Part shown: piece after piece, positions 1 to 12,589 of the stretch | How positions within the stretch are numbered: the stretch's first letter is position 1 | Layout: every line of letters begins with the position of its first letter | Assembly (NCBI RefSeq): GCF_963921235.1 | Contig: NC_086107.1 | Coordinates: forward strand, 105,216,001-105,280,000 | DNA length: 64,000 nucleotides | Origin: Mobula hypostoma | Lineage: Eukaryota | Direction: 5' to 3' | Notes under the pieces: model-generated | The model's input: the letters and a program-made list of their open reading frames with translations, nothing else | Databases searched by the model: none | What the model was told of the DNA's origin: nothing | Made by a program: the position numbers and the translations under genes

Positions 1-439
1 CCAACACTTAATGCGCAAGAGAAAGAAAAATAATTTTAAAAGCTCATGCAAACAATTGAAATGGACAACAGCATTCCGAACCAAAAACTGAGTCCTCAGA
101 TCCAAACCCTGGAGCAGCCCAGATTAGGCCCAAAGCCTCTCTTATCAGGTCATTATATTAGCAGACACAGAGCGCAACAGCCAGGGCAGTCTTCATAGCC
201 TCAGCGCCATGGAGATGACCATTACAGAGAGAGAGCTAAATCGGCTCTCATCCTGATCGACACCCTGTCTTTTCAGTCTATCTGAGTGATATTGTTATTA
301 ATTTCTTCCCCTATAATATCATTGGGTGTTCGTGGCATCTTTTTTTAACCAGCAGTGACACAAAGTAACTGTTTTAACCCCTCATCCATTCCTTTGATTC
401 CCATAACTATTAAAATGTATGAAGGGAGACAAATCTTTT

Positions 440-1365
440 GAGGCCTGATCAACTCTATCTAATATGCTCTGGGAAGCTAGAGAAGAAATTGCAGGAGTCC
501 TGGGTGAGATAGGACAAGTGGGGTGCTGGAAGACTGGAAAGTAGCTAATCTCGTGGCTTTACTTAAGAAGGGTTACAAAGAAAAGCATCTGGGTAGGTAA
601 GTTACTGGAGGGAATTCTGAGGGATAAGCTATGCATGCATTTGGAAAGACAGGAGTTGGCTAGGGATAGACAGCATGACTTATCATAATGGAGATAATTT
701 CTTTAAAATAAAATAGAGATTTTGAAGAAATTCGATGAAGGCAGGATGGTAAATGTAGTTTGTATGAACTATATCAAGGCATCTGATAAGGTCCCATTTG
801 TAGCCTGGTTTGGAAAGTTAGAGCACATGGGATCCAGGAAGAGACATCTAACTGCATGTAGAATTGACTTGATGGTAGGATGCAAAGGGTTATGATAGGT
901 TGTCTTTTGGACTGGAGCCTGTGACAAAGGTGCCTGAGAAGTTGGTGCTGGGCTTATTGTTGTTTATCATCTATATCAGTGATTTGAATGACAATGTATG
1001 AGGCATAGTTAGTAGGTGACGCACGGTTTCACATGACAGGAAAATAAGTGGTGCCAGAGTGAAGAAGCTTTTCTGGAGATATGGTAAGATCTTGATCAAC
1101 TGGGTAAGTGGGCTGTGGATTGGCAAATGAAGTGTAATTCAGGTAAGTGCAAGGTTTTGCAATTAGGAAGTCAAACCAGGGTAGGACGTTGACATTGAAT
1201 AGTAATGCCCTAGGGAGTGTTGTAGAACAGACACACCATGTCTACAAATATTAGTTCCTTGAAAGTGGTGTTACTGGCAGACAGGTGATAAAGAAGGATT
1301 TTGACATGCTGATTTTTATTAGTTAGGACACGATTATTAGGAACCTGAGGGGCAGCTTTTTCAAA
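440..1365 (+). mobile_element. Degenerate CR1-type LINE RT fragment
   Basis: Decayed CR1 motifs (EDWKVAN, VVCMN..KASDKVP, DWQMKCNSGKCKV) with stops and frameshifts. Confidence 0.75.
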
Positions 1366-1420
1366 TAGATGAATCAAAGTTCAAAGTACATTTATTATTA
1401 AACTGTATGCTGTATACAAT

Positions 1421-2254
1421 CACAAACACGAGGAATTCTGCAGATGCTGGAAACTCGAGCAACACACATCAAAGTTGCTGGTGAACGCAGCAGGCCAGGC
1501 AGCATCTCTAGGAAGAGGTACAGTCGACATTTCAGGCTGAGACCCTTCGTCAGGACTAATTGAAGAATGAGCTAGTAAGAGATTTAAAAGTGGGAGGGGG
1601 AGGGGGAGATCCAAAATGATAGGAGAAGACAGGAGGGGGAGGGATGGAGCCAAGAGCTGGACAGGTGATTGGCAAAAGGGATATGATAGGATCATGGGAC
1701 AGGAGGCCCAGGGAGAAGGAAAAGGGGGAGGGGGGGAAAGCGCAGAGAATGGGCAAGGGGTATAGTCAGAGGGACAGAGGGAGAAAAAGGAGAGTGAGAG
1801 AAAGAGTGTGTGTATATAAATAATGGATGGGGTATAAGGGGGAGGTGGGGCATTAGCGGAAGTTAGAGAAGTCAATGTTCATGCCATCAGGTTGGAGGCT
1901 ATAAACACATTCTTTCTCTCACTCGCCTTTTTCTCCCTCTGTCCCTCTGACTATACCCCTTGCCCATCCTCTGGGCTTTCTCCCCCTCCCCCTTTTCCTT
2001 CTCCCTGGGCCTCCTGTCCCATGATCCTCTCATACCCCTTTTGCCAATCACCAGTCCAGCTCTTGGCTCCATCCCTCCCCCTCCTGTCTTCGCCTATCAT
2101 TTTGGATCTCCCCCTCCCCCTCCCACTTTTAAATCTCTTACTAGCTCCTTCTTCAGTTAGTCCTGACGAAGGGTCTCGGCCTGAAACGTGGACTGTACCT
2201 CTTCCTAGAGATGCTGCCTGGCCTGCTGCGTTCACCAGCAACTTTGATGTGTGT
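1421..2254. mobile_element. Penelope-like element: two inverted pseudo-LTRs (1421-1900 minus, 1901-2254 plus), inserted in a LINE 3' tail
   Basis: The halves are reverse complements; 13-bp TSD tgctgtatacaat (1408-1420 / 2255-2267); each half carries a hammerhead core. Confidence 0.85.
1522..1557 (-). ncRNA. Minimal hammerhead ribozyme motif (Penelope pLTR)
   Basis: Reverse complement agtc-CTGACGA-agggtctcagcct-GAAA-t-GTC-gact. Confidence 0.7.
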
Positions 2255-2859
2255 TGCTGTATACAATTATGTGATTCGTCTTCTCGCAGGCAGCCACAAC
2301 ACAAAGAAACACAATAGAACCCACTTAAAGAAAAAACCCATACAAGAAGCCCATCAAACACCCAATGTGTGTAAAAAGAACAAATAACGTAAATAATAAA
2401 AAGTAAACAAATAGCATTAACTACGGAGCACAACAAAAGTGAGATGGTGGTATGTATATGTCCCAAGCTGTTGGAGGAACTGGTTGAGGCAGGAACGATA
2501 ACGTTTAAGAGATACTTGGATACGTACATGGATAAGGCAGAATTAGAGGGATGTGGGTCAAATGCAGGCATATGAGATAAGCTTAGATGGCCACCTTGGT
2601 TGGTATGGATGAGTTGGACCAATATTATATGATGATAAGTATTTTCCTAAGCTTATTCTTAAGAGGTTTTATATTGGTATTGACTTAGCTCTTCCTTTAT
2701 GTATACATAAAAAGACTCTCAGTTTCAGATTTCTTGCTAGTTTGCCTGCATAGTTTATTTTATCTTATCTTGTTTTTTGTTTCATTCTGCTGGATTCTGA
2801 ATTGATCCTAGTGCCGTACAAGAGTGAGAACGATAGGCTAGTTGAGTGATTTTGCAGCA

Positions 2860-3790
2860 ACATTGCACTCAGTGTCAGTAAGACCAAGGAATTGATTGTG
2901 AACTTCAGGATGGGGAAGTTGTACACACACCAGTCCGTATCGATGAGCAGTTTGAAGTTACTAGGTCCAACATATTTATGCAATTATAAAGATAATTTAT
3001 TTCATTATGATTTTGAGGAGATTTGGTATGTCATCAAAGACTTGAGCAATTTTCTGCTGTTGTACTCTGGAGAATAGTCAAACTGGTTGCATCACAGTGT
3101 GGTATGGAGGGGCAACTGCTCAGCATCAGAAAAAACTGTGGGGGTGGGGGGAGGTTCAACTCAGCCAGCTCCACCATGCATCCCCAGCATTGAGGACATC
3201 TTCAAGAAGGCAGCATCCATCATTAAGGAACTCCATAACGCTGTATCTGCTCTCTTTTATTACTCTCATCAAGGAGGAGGCACAGGAGCCTGAAGACACA
3301 CACTCAATGTTTTAGGAACAGCTTCTTCCCCTACACTGTCAATGAACAAACCCATGATTGAGTGCTACGATAGCGTAGCAGTTAGCTCGACGCCATTACA
3401 GCTTGGAGTGTTGGAGTTCAGAGTTCAATTCCAGCGTCCTCTGTAAGGAGTTTGTACGTCCTCCCTGTGGAATGCGTGGGTTTCTCCCGAGTGCTCCAGA
3501 TACCACCCACAATCCAAGAACGTACTGTTTGATAGGTTAGTTGGTCATTATAAGTTGTCCCATGATTAAGCTCGGGTTGAATCGGGTTGTTGAGGCAGTG
3601 CAGCTCAGCTCAAAGGGCCAGAAGGGTCTACTCTGCGCTATACCTCAAAGAACAATGAACGCTACTTTTTTTGCTCTCGTTTTGCAAAACTTACTTAAAT
3701 TTTTAATATACTACATATTTCTTGTTGTAATTTATAGTATTTCTGTTGCCACAAAACAACACACTTCACAACATGTCACTGATTCTGATT
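2860..3790 (+). mobile_element. Degenerate Rex1/Babar-like LINE 3' fragment interrupted by a SINE
   Basis: LSVSKTKELIVNFR and CITVWYG motifs; LINE-type 3' UTR. Confidence 0.65.
3365..3645 (+). mobile_element. tRNA-derived V-SINE (HE1-like)
   Basis: tRNA-like head and V-domain-like gcgtgggtttctcccgagtgctcc; several other copies in the window. Confidence 0.7.
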
Positions 3791-4136
3791 CATTGAGTTT
3801 ACAATTAACTTTTGACACCTTGTATATTTTCTCCTTCAGTCTAATGCCCTCTAATTTCTTTCATTAGTCACAGTTGGTTTATCCCCCTCTAAAGTGATAC
3901 AAATGTTGCCTTTGTTCAACACTTGTTTTACCTGCTAATTAATTTGCCTACTCCACTTTAGGCAATTCCATCATTCCTCATTTAAATCTAACAATTCTTT
4001 TCATACCCAAATTTCTTGCTCCTTAGGGATCTTTTACTCTAACATCATTCACTGAACCTATTTCAGGCGTCATTCCAGATGCAAAATAGAAGTCCACTAG
4101 TTGGCTGCATAATGTTCAATAAAGCTAACCTAAATG

Positions 4137-5254
4137 CAGACATCCCAGGTCTCCCGGAAGTTCCAGGAGTTTCCCCCGCATATTGATAGCGGCTCCCTGA
4201 CGCCTGCAAATTATATATGATATAATGGAAATCAATTTTTTTGAGAGCGAGGGGTGGGTGGGGGGGTGGGAGAGAGAGAGAGAGAGAGAAAAAAAAATCC
4301 TGATTGGTCTCTCTTTGTGCTAAGTAGACCTATCAGTTTTCTGTGGGCGGGCTTTACAGTCGACCCCTCTCTCTCTTTCCTTCTCCATCAGTTCAGTTTA
4401 GTGCCCTGCAGCACCATGGCAGAGTGTTCCAAAAAAAAATATTAAAAGTACGTCACCCCAGACTACACTAAAGTGTACCCCTCCCTAATAGGGGTCAAAA
4501 ATTATGACACTGTTGCTTGCTGCACTGTTTGCAACAGTGACTTTTTTATTGCCCATTGTGGGAAGACATGTTGAGGTGAGTTTAACAGGTGTCATTCGTT
4601 CATTAGCATAGCTAATGTTTTTTAAACTAGCCGGCTGGCTGCTAAGGAGCTACTCTGTTGATGTCCTAGGTGATGAGGCCAAACTCCCTGTAGACTTGCT
4701 TAAAGTTGTAATAGAATAAAAAAATGACTCCATGATAATATAATATAATACAGGTCGACCTTCACTAATCCGGCACCATTAGGACCTGAGGAGTGCCGGA
4801 TTAGTGAAAATGCCGAATTACAAAAGGATCATATTAAGCATAATCAGTGCCGGATTATCGAAGGAACAGGATTACAGGTAGTCGGTTTAGTGAACGTCGA
4901 CCTGTATAAGTACATATTTTAATGTCACATTTTTTGCATAAGACAGTATAATAAGGATACACCTTATGCTTTCACAGTACAAGGAAAGTTTGCAAAAGAA
5001 ATAGAAAAACTATTTACATTAGCATTTAGCTATTAGCATTGAGACTGCCAACAACATACTCAGCAAGGAATGTATATAAAAATATGTGTGTGTATAAATA
5101 GTTTCAATATGTGATCAAATAAATTGTGTTCTTTCATAATGAAATGTCCTGTGTACATACACCCTTGGAGGCCGACCAGGGCGGTGGGTGGGTGGGGGGG
5201 CGGTGGTGGTGGTGCTCCCTCCCTGAAATGAGCTTTTGCAGGGTGGGATGTCTG
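4137..5254 (+). mobile_element. Non-autonomous hAT-like DNA transposon with 6-bp TSD
   Basis: TIR cagacatccca / tgggatgtctg; TSD taaatg (4131-4136, 5255-5260); BED-finger-like remnant CTVCNSDFFIAHCG near 4520-4560. Confidence 0.75.
4751..4904. mobile_element. Tc1/mariner-type (pogo-like) MITE nested in the hAT element
   Basis: TIR caggtcgac(c)ttcactaa / ttagtgaacgtcgacctg; TA on both sides. Confidence 0.8.
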
Positions 5255-5988
5255 TAAATGTTTTCCCTGATTACAGTTGGATTAATCCAGAATACATGCA
5301 AATTAAAATTACCTGCGATTAATGCATTACTGTTTTTCCATGTACCCATGATTTCTTTATTTGTACCCTTTCCTATATCATGGCACATGTTTAGGGACCT
5401 TTCTCTCTGTGCTGCTACTTTTTATCTTTAAGATGTTGGAAAAGATTTGTAGCTCAGGTTGAGGATGATGTTGTTGGGTGGCTTGCCGAGCTGGCTTGTT
5501 AGCTTGCAGTCGTTTTGTTACCCAGCTAGGCAACATCATCAGTGCAACTTCGAATGAAATGTAGGTGATCTACATAGTTCGTCTTTTCTGTGTCCGTGTA
5601 TATGTGCCATTTCTATTGGTTACTGATTATGTAATCTGCGATTGGTACGTTAAAATCCGATTAGGTGATTTCTACGACCATTTGACATCATAGTAGCACA
5701 CAAACCTACAGCCACACTACGCCAATGTCTATCAAGAATAAAAGATCCCCTACCTACGATGCACAGAATGAACACCATATACAAAATTCCATGCGCCAAC
5801 TGCGACAAGCATTATATTGGACAGGCTAATCGGAAGCTATCAGCAAGGATATATGAACACCAACTGCCTGTAAACCGTCATGATCAACTTGTCCTTACAT
5901 CGATACATTGTGACAACGAAGCATATCAATTTGACTGAAACTCACTATCCTAGGCCAAGCCCATCAAAGACAAGCCTGAGAATTCTTA

Positions 5989-6772
5989 GGCTACGTCCAC
6001 ACTAGTTGGATAATTTTGAAAACACCGGTTTTGCATAAAAACGATAGGTGTCCACACCAGGCGTTTTTGAAAATACCTCCGTCCGCATTAAAATGGGTAT
6101 TTGGGTGAATCTCCTCCTACTGGGCATGTGCAGGACACATCTACAGAAATCAAGCGAAGAGGAAACAGTATACTTGGTACGCGTTTGTCCAGTTACAGAC
6201 TAGAAAAGCTTAAAAGGAAATTGCCAAACGATGGACAGCTGTTGGCTCTCGCGCAGGAAGATTTAAAACTGAAAAAACAAATACTGGAGTGTATGGAGGC
6301 AACGACGGGGAATTCACGGACAGTATGACCCGGCTGATGACGAGCATTGAAAAACTGACTAACTCTGTTGCAGAGGGATTTGCAATGATGAGGAATATGA
6401 TGGGCCCCCCCCCCAGTACTTTTCACCGCCACAATACCAGCCTCACAGCCACTACAATAGCCACACATACGGACACACAGACCCCCGGGTGGCCCCACCA
6501 ACATCTTCCCCACTCCCACAGATGGGTCACCCTGGAAACATTTCCGACAGCCATAGTCTCTTCACCGATGAAAGGGACAACAGGTTTTTTAAAACCTCAG
6601 GTTACCCCATACACACTATAATGCCCAACCGGCGTTTTCAGATTTTAAACACTCTGGAGAGCGTTTTAGAGAACTTCGTTTTTGGAGGAGGAAAATGCTG
6701 TTTCAGTGTGGACGGAGGGTCAAAACGAAGAGAAAAAGCTTCAGTTATGGATTTATCCAGTCTAGTGTGGAC
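5989..6772 (+). mobile_element. Non-autonomous PIF/Harbinger transposon nested in the Penelope ORF
   Basis: TIR ggctacgtccacactag / ctagtgtggac (right end truncated); TTA TSD; frameshifted coiled-coil ORF remnant (6101-6621); host frame EF-L-ETFFSTQNSINKH resumes after it. Confidence 0.75.
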
Positions 6773-7070
6773 TTAGAGACTTTTTTCTCCACACAGAATT
6801 CTATCAACAAGCACTATCAACAAATTCTCAGGCTTGTCGTTGAATTTAATCCAGTCTACATCCCACTTTAGCGTCAAGTTGTCAGTCCAGAGCCAAGAGC
6901 CAATTCACACCTGATTACATGCGTCAATGAATGAGGACGACGTTAATTGTACGTAACGGTCGACTAACACAGCCCAGACAATAATTATCACTTAATCGGA
7001 TTTTAACAAACCATTCGCGGATTACATAATTGATAACCAATAGAAATGGCACATACATAACTGGCGCATA

Positions 7071-7073
7071 TAC

Positions 7074-7116
<43 letters not shown>
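7071..7116. repeat. (CA)n microsatellite
   Basis: Direct reading. Confidence 0.95.
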
Positions 7117-7117
<1 letters not shown>

Positions 7118-7165
7118 CACAGGACACAGAAAAGACAATGTAGATCATCAACATTTCGTTCGAAG

Positions 7166-7209
7166 TTGCACTGATGATGTTGCCTAGCTAGGTAATGAAA
7201 CGTCTGCAA
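7166..7209 (+). ncRNA. Minimal hammerhead ribozyme motif with intact core
   Basis: ttgca-CTGATGA-tgttgcctagctaggtaat-GAAA-c-GTC-tgcaa: stem I ttgca/tgcaa, palindromic stem II, GUC cleavage triplet. Confidence 0.8.
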
Positions 7210-8781
7210 GCTAACAAGCCAATCACAACAACTTTTTATCTCTACCTAAATGGACTTTGCATCTTCTAGGCCCATATCTTCTCTCATGGCTATGGTTATA
7301 GTACAGTATTTCTCTTTTTAAGAGTCATTTATACAAATACAGTGCACTGAGTTCACAGCATTGATTTTCTTGTAACTGTGAATTTGCTATGACTATCAGA
7401 TCATATATTTATGTTTATACTGTTCGTTAAAATCTAGAGCTTTTAATTTTTACCTTTATCCAATTTAATGGGTTAAATTTTACCCTTTTGCCTTTCTATA
7501 TTCTGTCATTTCTATCTTGCACTGCTGTGTGGTTGACCTGATTCTCGGGACACTGTTATGTACTGCCTTATGATCTTAAACTATAAAGACCAATGATGTG
7601 CAATTAGATTCCAACAGGGTAGCAGCCAGAACTATACAGATCATTTGCTGTTATTCCAGCTTGCATCATCAAACAGAAAATGTCTTGAGTAAACATCAAC
7701 CTCCCCATTTTCAAAGACTTGGAACTCAGCCACAGATGCATGAAAATTCACACTTGTTATTCTGGGGGTTGGTATTGACCTCCATACTGTAGGTACAAAC
7801 CCACTGTCCAGATGGAAGAATCTGTGGGATGTGCAGGGATCAAATAGTTCATTGTTGACCTTTCAGTAGAGGTTACTAGCTTCAAGCCTCCTCAATTGAT
7901 CTTGAGCAATATGGCCACCTACTCTGTAAATGGAAGACATTTGGTGACCCGAAACCCAATTGTGATCCCTGGAACAAGGACTAGTTACCACAAAATCAGT
8001 TTCCTCTACTAGGAAGCATTTGCTTTGATTGTCAGTTTGGATGTACAAGTTACAGTCTTGCTTTGGCAGTCTGAGGTACCCACCTGCTTCCAGCACTCTT
8101 TAATTATACTGGTGCCTAAGAAGAACTTTGTAACTTGTGTCAATGGCTGTTGTCCAGTAGCACTTACATCCACAGTGATGAAGTATTTTGAGATATTTCA
8201 ACTCCTGCTTGAATAACAACTTGTACAACAAGTTCACATCTGATGCTATTTCTTGGCTCTTCACTCCATCCCAGAACATTTGGACAGCAAAGATGTCTAC
8301 ATCAGGGTGCTCTTTATCAACTACAGCTCGGCATTCAATACCATCATCTCCACAAAACTAATCAATGAGCTCCAAGACCTTGGCCTCAATACCTCCTTGT
8401 GCAATTGGATCCTCAATTTCCTCACTTGGAGACCCCAGTCAGTTCAGAATGGTAACAGCATCTCTTTCCCCCTGCTCTACTTGCTTCATACTAATGACTG
8501 TGTTGCTAAGCACAGTTCCAATTCCATATAAGGAGCTGATTATTGACTTCAGGAAGAGGAAACCAGATGTCCATGAGACAGTACTCATCAAGGGATCAGT
8601 GATTGAGAGGGTAGTGACTTTAAATTACTCAGGGTTATTATTACAGAGGATCTGTCCTGGCTCTATCACGTAAGTGAAATTACAAAGAAAGAATGGCAGT
8701 GCCTCTATTTCCTTAGAAGTTTATGAAGATTCGGCATGACTTGTAAAACTTTGACAAACTTCTATAGATGTGTGGTGGAGA

Positions 8782-9585
8782 GTAAATGTGAGGTTATCCA
8801 CTTTGGTGGCAAAAACAGGAAGGCAGATTACTATCTGAATGGTGTCAAGTTAGGAAACGGGGAAGTACAACGAGATCTAGGTGTCCTTGTTTATCAGTCA
8901 CTGAAAGTAAGCATGCAGCTACAGCAAGCAGTGAAGAAAGCTAATGGCATGTTGGCCATCACAACAAGGGGAGTTGAGTATAGAAGCAAAGGGGTCCTCC
9001 TGCAGTTGTACGGGGCCCTGGTGAGACCACACCTGGAATATTGTGTTCAGTTTTGGTCTCCAAATTTGAGGAAGGACATTCCAGCTATTGAGGGAGTCCA
9101 GCGTAGGTTCATGAGGTTAATTCCCGGGATGGCGGGACTGTCATAAATTGAAAGATTGGAGCGACTGGGGTTGTATACACTGGAATTTAGAAGGATGAGA
9201 GGGGATCTGATTGAAACATGTAAGATTTTTAAGGGATTGGACACGCTAGAGGCAGGAAACATGTTCCAGATGTTGGGGGAGTCCAGAACCGGAGGCCACA
9301 GTGTAAGAATGGGTAGACAATTTAGAATGGAATTGAGGAAAAACTTTTTCACACAGAGGGTTGTGGTTCTGTGGAATGCTCTGCCTCAGAAGGCAGTGGA
9401 GGCTAATTCTCTGGATTCTTTCAAGAAAGAGTTAGATAGAGCTCTTAAAGATAGCGGAGTGAAGGGTTATGGGGATAAGGCGAGAACAGGGTACTGATTG
9501 TGGATGATCAGCCATGATCACAGTGCATGGTGGTGCTGGCTTGAAGGGCTGAATGGCCTACTCCTACACCTATTGTCTATTGTCT
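8782..9585 (+). mobile_element. Young CR1 LINE 3' fragment nested in Rex1
   Basis: KCEVIHFG...LVRPHLEYCVQFWSP...RGDLIE..KNFFTQRVV.LWNALP; (ctattgt)n tail. Confidence 0.9.
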
Positions 9586-9854
9586 GTTGAGCATATTGAC
9601 TGGTTGTATCACAGCCTGGTATGGAAACACCAATGCTCTAGAATGGGAAATCCTACAGAAAGTAGTGGATATGGCCCAGTCCATCATGGATGAAGCCCTC
9701 CCAACCATTGAGCACATCTGCACAGTGTTGTCGCAGGAAAGCAGCAGCCATCATCAGGGTCCCTGTCCAGCCAGGCCATGCTCTCTTCTCACTGCTACCA
9801 TCTGGAAGAAGGTACAGGAGCCCCAGGAACAGTTATTACCCCTCAACCATCAAG

Positions 9855-10779
9855 TTAAACTTTAAGATGGCACTGCTGAAGCTTAGCTACTGCTTGCTGG
9901 TGGCAAATCAGACAAAGAAAACAACTAAATACTTCATTAATTGCGCTTTTTCTGCTAAACGATCACTGCAAATAATAGACTGTAACTTCCCTGTCGGAGT
10001 CGAGCTTTTGAACTGCCTGTATGACCTGGCATTTTTGCAGTGGGAACTGAAGTCTCAAAGGCGCAAGGTGGCTGGGGCGTGGTGTGTAGCTGGATCAAGG
10101 TGGTGGAGTCCAGGCTGGAGAGCGGCAAATGAGCTAATGCTTGGCCATTCCTGGAGTGAACGTGGAGGCAATTTGATTCAGCAGAATTGAGGCGAGGTGA
10201 TGTAGAATCGAGGCAGCGGGGCCTGGACCTGGGCTTGAGAGTGAGGAGAGACCCGAAGCTTGATTGATTTAAGCGCCAAGTTGAGTTGGAGAAGTTGGGT
10301 ACGGGCCGAATTGAGGTGGAGGGCCACCAGCCCGAGAGTGTATCGAAGCGGCAGGGTCCAGAGCAAGGTCTGGAAAATTTAAGTGCAGGGCCAGATTGAA
10401 GAGGACAAGGTGCTAGAGCTGGAGGAGAGGCACTGGCCGGTGCAAATCGCTACTCTGCCAGGTTTACTTGACTCTACACTGAACTTCAATTCGTTACTCT
10501 GCAAAATTTACTCATCTCTGCACCAAACTGTGCTGTGGCCTGCAACTATCACACTTTTGTGAGCTTCAGTTCTGAATGCTGTTTGCTTACTTTTATTATT
10601 TGCATTTTCCCCCCTTTTTTCTCTGTACTTTGAGTGTTTGATGGTCTTCTTTAGTTTTAATGGGTTCTACTGGGTTTCTTTGTTTTGTAGTTATCTGTAA
10701 GAAGACGAATCTCAAGGTGATATAAAGTATGCATACTTTGATAATAAATGTACTTTGACTTGACTTGACTTTGACTTTG
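9855..10779 (+). mobile_element. Non-autonomous retroelement with a Rex1-type 3' tail
   Basis: TSD atcaag (9849-9854 / 10780-10785); (ctttga/cttga)n tail; no RT homology inside. Confidence 0.65.
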
Positions 10780-11269
10780 ATCAAGCTCTTGAACCACAGA
10801 GGATAACTTCACTTGCCCCATTACTGAGTTGTTCCCACGGCCTCTGGACTCACTTTCAGGGGGTCTTCAGCTCAGATTTTTGATATTTATTGTTTATTTA
10901 TTATTATTATCATCATTCTTTCTTTTTGTATTTGCACAGTTTGTTGTCTTACACACTGTTTGCCCGGTCTTTCATTGATTCTATTATGGTATTGATTCTA
11001 TTATTGTTATTGATTTATTGAATATGCCTGCAAGAAAATGAATCTCAGGGTTGTAAATGGTGAAGTATATGTACTGTGTTAATAAATTTACTTTAAACTT
11101 TGAGGCATTTCATGTCATACGAAAGAAGTAGATTAAATTCTAGAAGTGCTGCTTTTGAAGCAGATTGCTGAGATGTGGCTGTGTAATTAATTGTACAGAT
11201 GACGAGTGTTTAATCAGCTTCCATGCAGAGTGCTTCACATGAATCACTTTCCAAAAACTAATTAAATTC

Positions 11270-11650
11270 TACAGAAGGTGTTGTGTACTGCCTTCTGGAG
11301 ATGCTGTGTATTGAGTCAAATCCTTAAAATGCTGCTGTTTATTCAATTAAACTCTAAAGTGTTTGATATGTATTTGATCAGAATCTAGAGAGAGTGCTCT
11401 GTACTTGATCAATATTTTATAATGTTGCTGCATATTTAAGCAGATTTAAGAGAGGTGGGTTATTTGATTAGATTCTTGGATTCCTGGGATGATTCAATCA
11501 AAATTTGAAGATAGTGCTGCATAGCTAATCAGATTTTGAAGATGATATTATCTTTAATCAAATTCAGATATCACTATGTATTTTATCAAACTTTTGAGAC
11601 AGCGCTGTATCTGATCAGACTCTAGAGATGTTCAATATACTAGATCAGAA
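11270..11650. repeat. Highly degenerate ~30-bp tandem repeat
   Basis: Recurring atcaga(t/c)tytrgagayrgygctgta-like units. Confidence 0.5.
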
Positions 11651-12589
11651 CAGGAACCCACGTGTCATCTACAGGTGACACCTGGGTTTCTATCGTTCCA
11701 ATAACAGAATTTTACAGAATTCACTAAGCGCTACCCAAAAATTTGCTCTCACTGAAGTTTTTGGGAAAAGTAAAGCAAATGAATGCAATTTTTTTTCAAC
11801 TCACTGTTTTTTAGCTTCATAGGGGTGGTGTGGGGACAGAGAAGGGAGTCAAGAGTCAGGTTGGGGTCTAGGGATAGGAATTAGAAGTCAGGCTTGAGTG
11901 TAAGCCTCTGCTTCGCATTCGAAGGCCAGTGACATGGAGTCAGACAGCGTGGTTGGATGTTGAACCAGCAGACCAGTGTGGACCAGGGCTCATGCCCCCC
12001 CCCCCCAACTCCAAACTCTCCCCAGGGTCAGTGAGTCGTCAGCAGGCTCTGTAGTTGGAGTTCCGTGCGGGTAGGAAGAAGGTCTGATGACCCCTGGCTA
12101 TGCAAGTCGGTGAGACCGGAGATAGAGGCTGAGTGTTTTGGGTCCCATCGTCAGATTTTGAGGCTAGTGTAAGTCTACTAGGGATATTGAAGGCCCACTG
12201 TCTGCAAGTCCAACTCCACTGGGACTGGAGGCTGCAGGCAGCCTGTCTTGGGGTTGGAGGACTGTATATGTGTGTGAGTGGAGGGGGGGTAGTGAGAGAG
12301 AACTTAGTGTGTTCTGTGTTGTTCTGTCTAGCTTTGTGGCATGCTGTGTTGGCACCAGAATGTGTGGCTACACTTTCAGGATATCCCAGGACACCCTCAG
12401 GTGTATTGGTTGTTAACATAAACACTTCATTTCACAGTATGTTTTGATGTACATGTGATAAATAAATTTGAATCTTGAATCAAATTTCTTGGTAAATGCA
12501 CAGATGATGTGGCATCACATTAAATAAAACAACATGGGCATAAACCAGCACCACCCCCTGCCCTCCCATACTGTAACATGAGGGTTGCC

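Larger units (their letters stand above)
5428..7230 (+). mobile_element. Penelope-like element (second family): inverted 5' pLTR, GIY-YIG endonuclease remnant, 3' pLTR
   Basis: IYKIPCANCDKHYIGQ at about 5778-5825; 5490-5690 is the reverse complement of 6985-7220; 11-bp TSD actttttatct (5417-5427 / 7231-7241). Confidence 0.85.
8055..11103 (+). mobile_element. Rex1/Babar-like LINE with two nested insertions
   Basis: SEVPTCF...[38 protein letters not shown] / ILTGCITAWYG; 3' tail ending aataaatttactttaaactttga. Confidence 0.8.

Noticed and set aside
1420..2622. Long Pro/Leu- or Gly/Arg-rich ORFs, repeated at 18.3-19.8 kb and 23.8-24.2 kb
   Set aside because: Chance frames through purine/pyrimidine-skewed Penelope pLTR sequence.
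9990..10460. GC/CpG-richer patch as the CNOT3 promoter
   Set aside because: Lies inside a TSD-bounded retroelement; the true first exon is not identifiable in this window.
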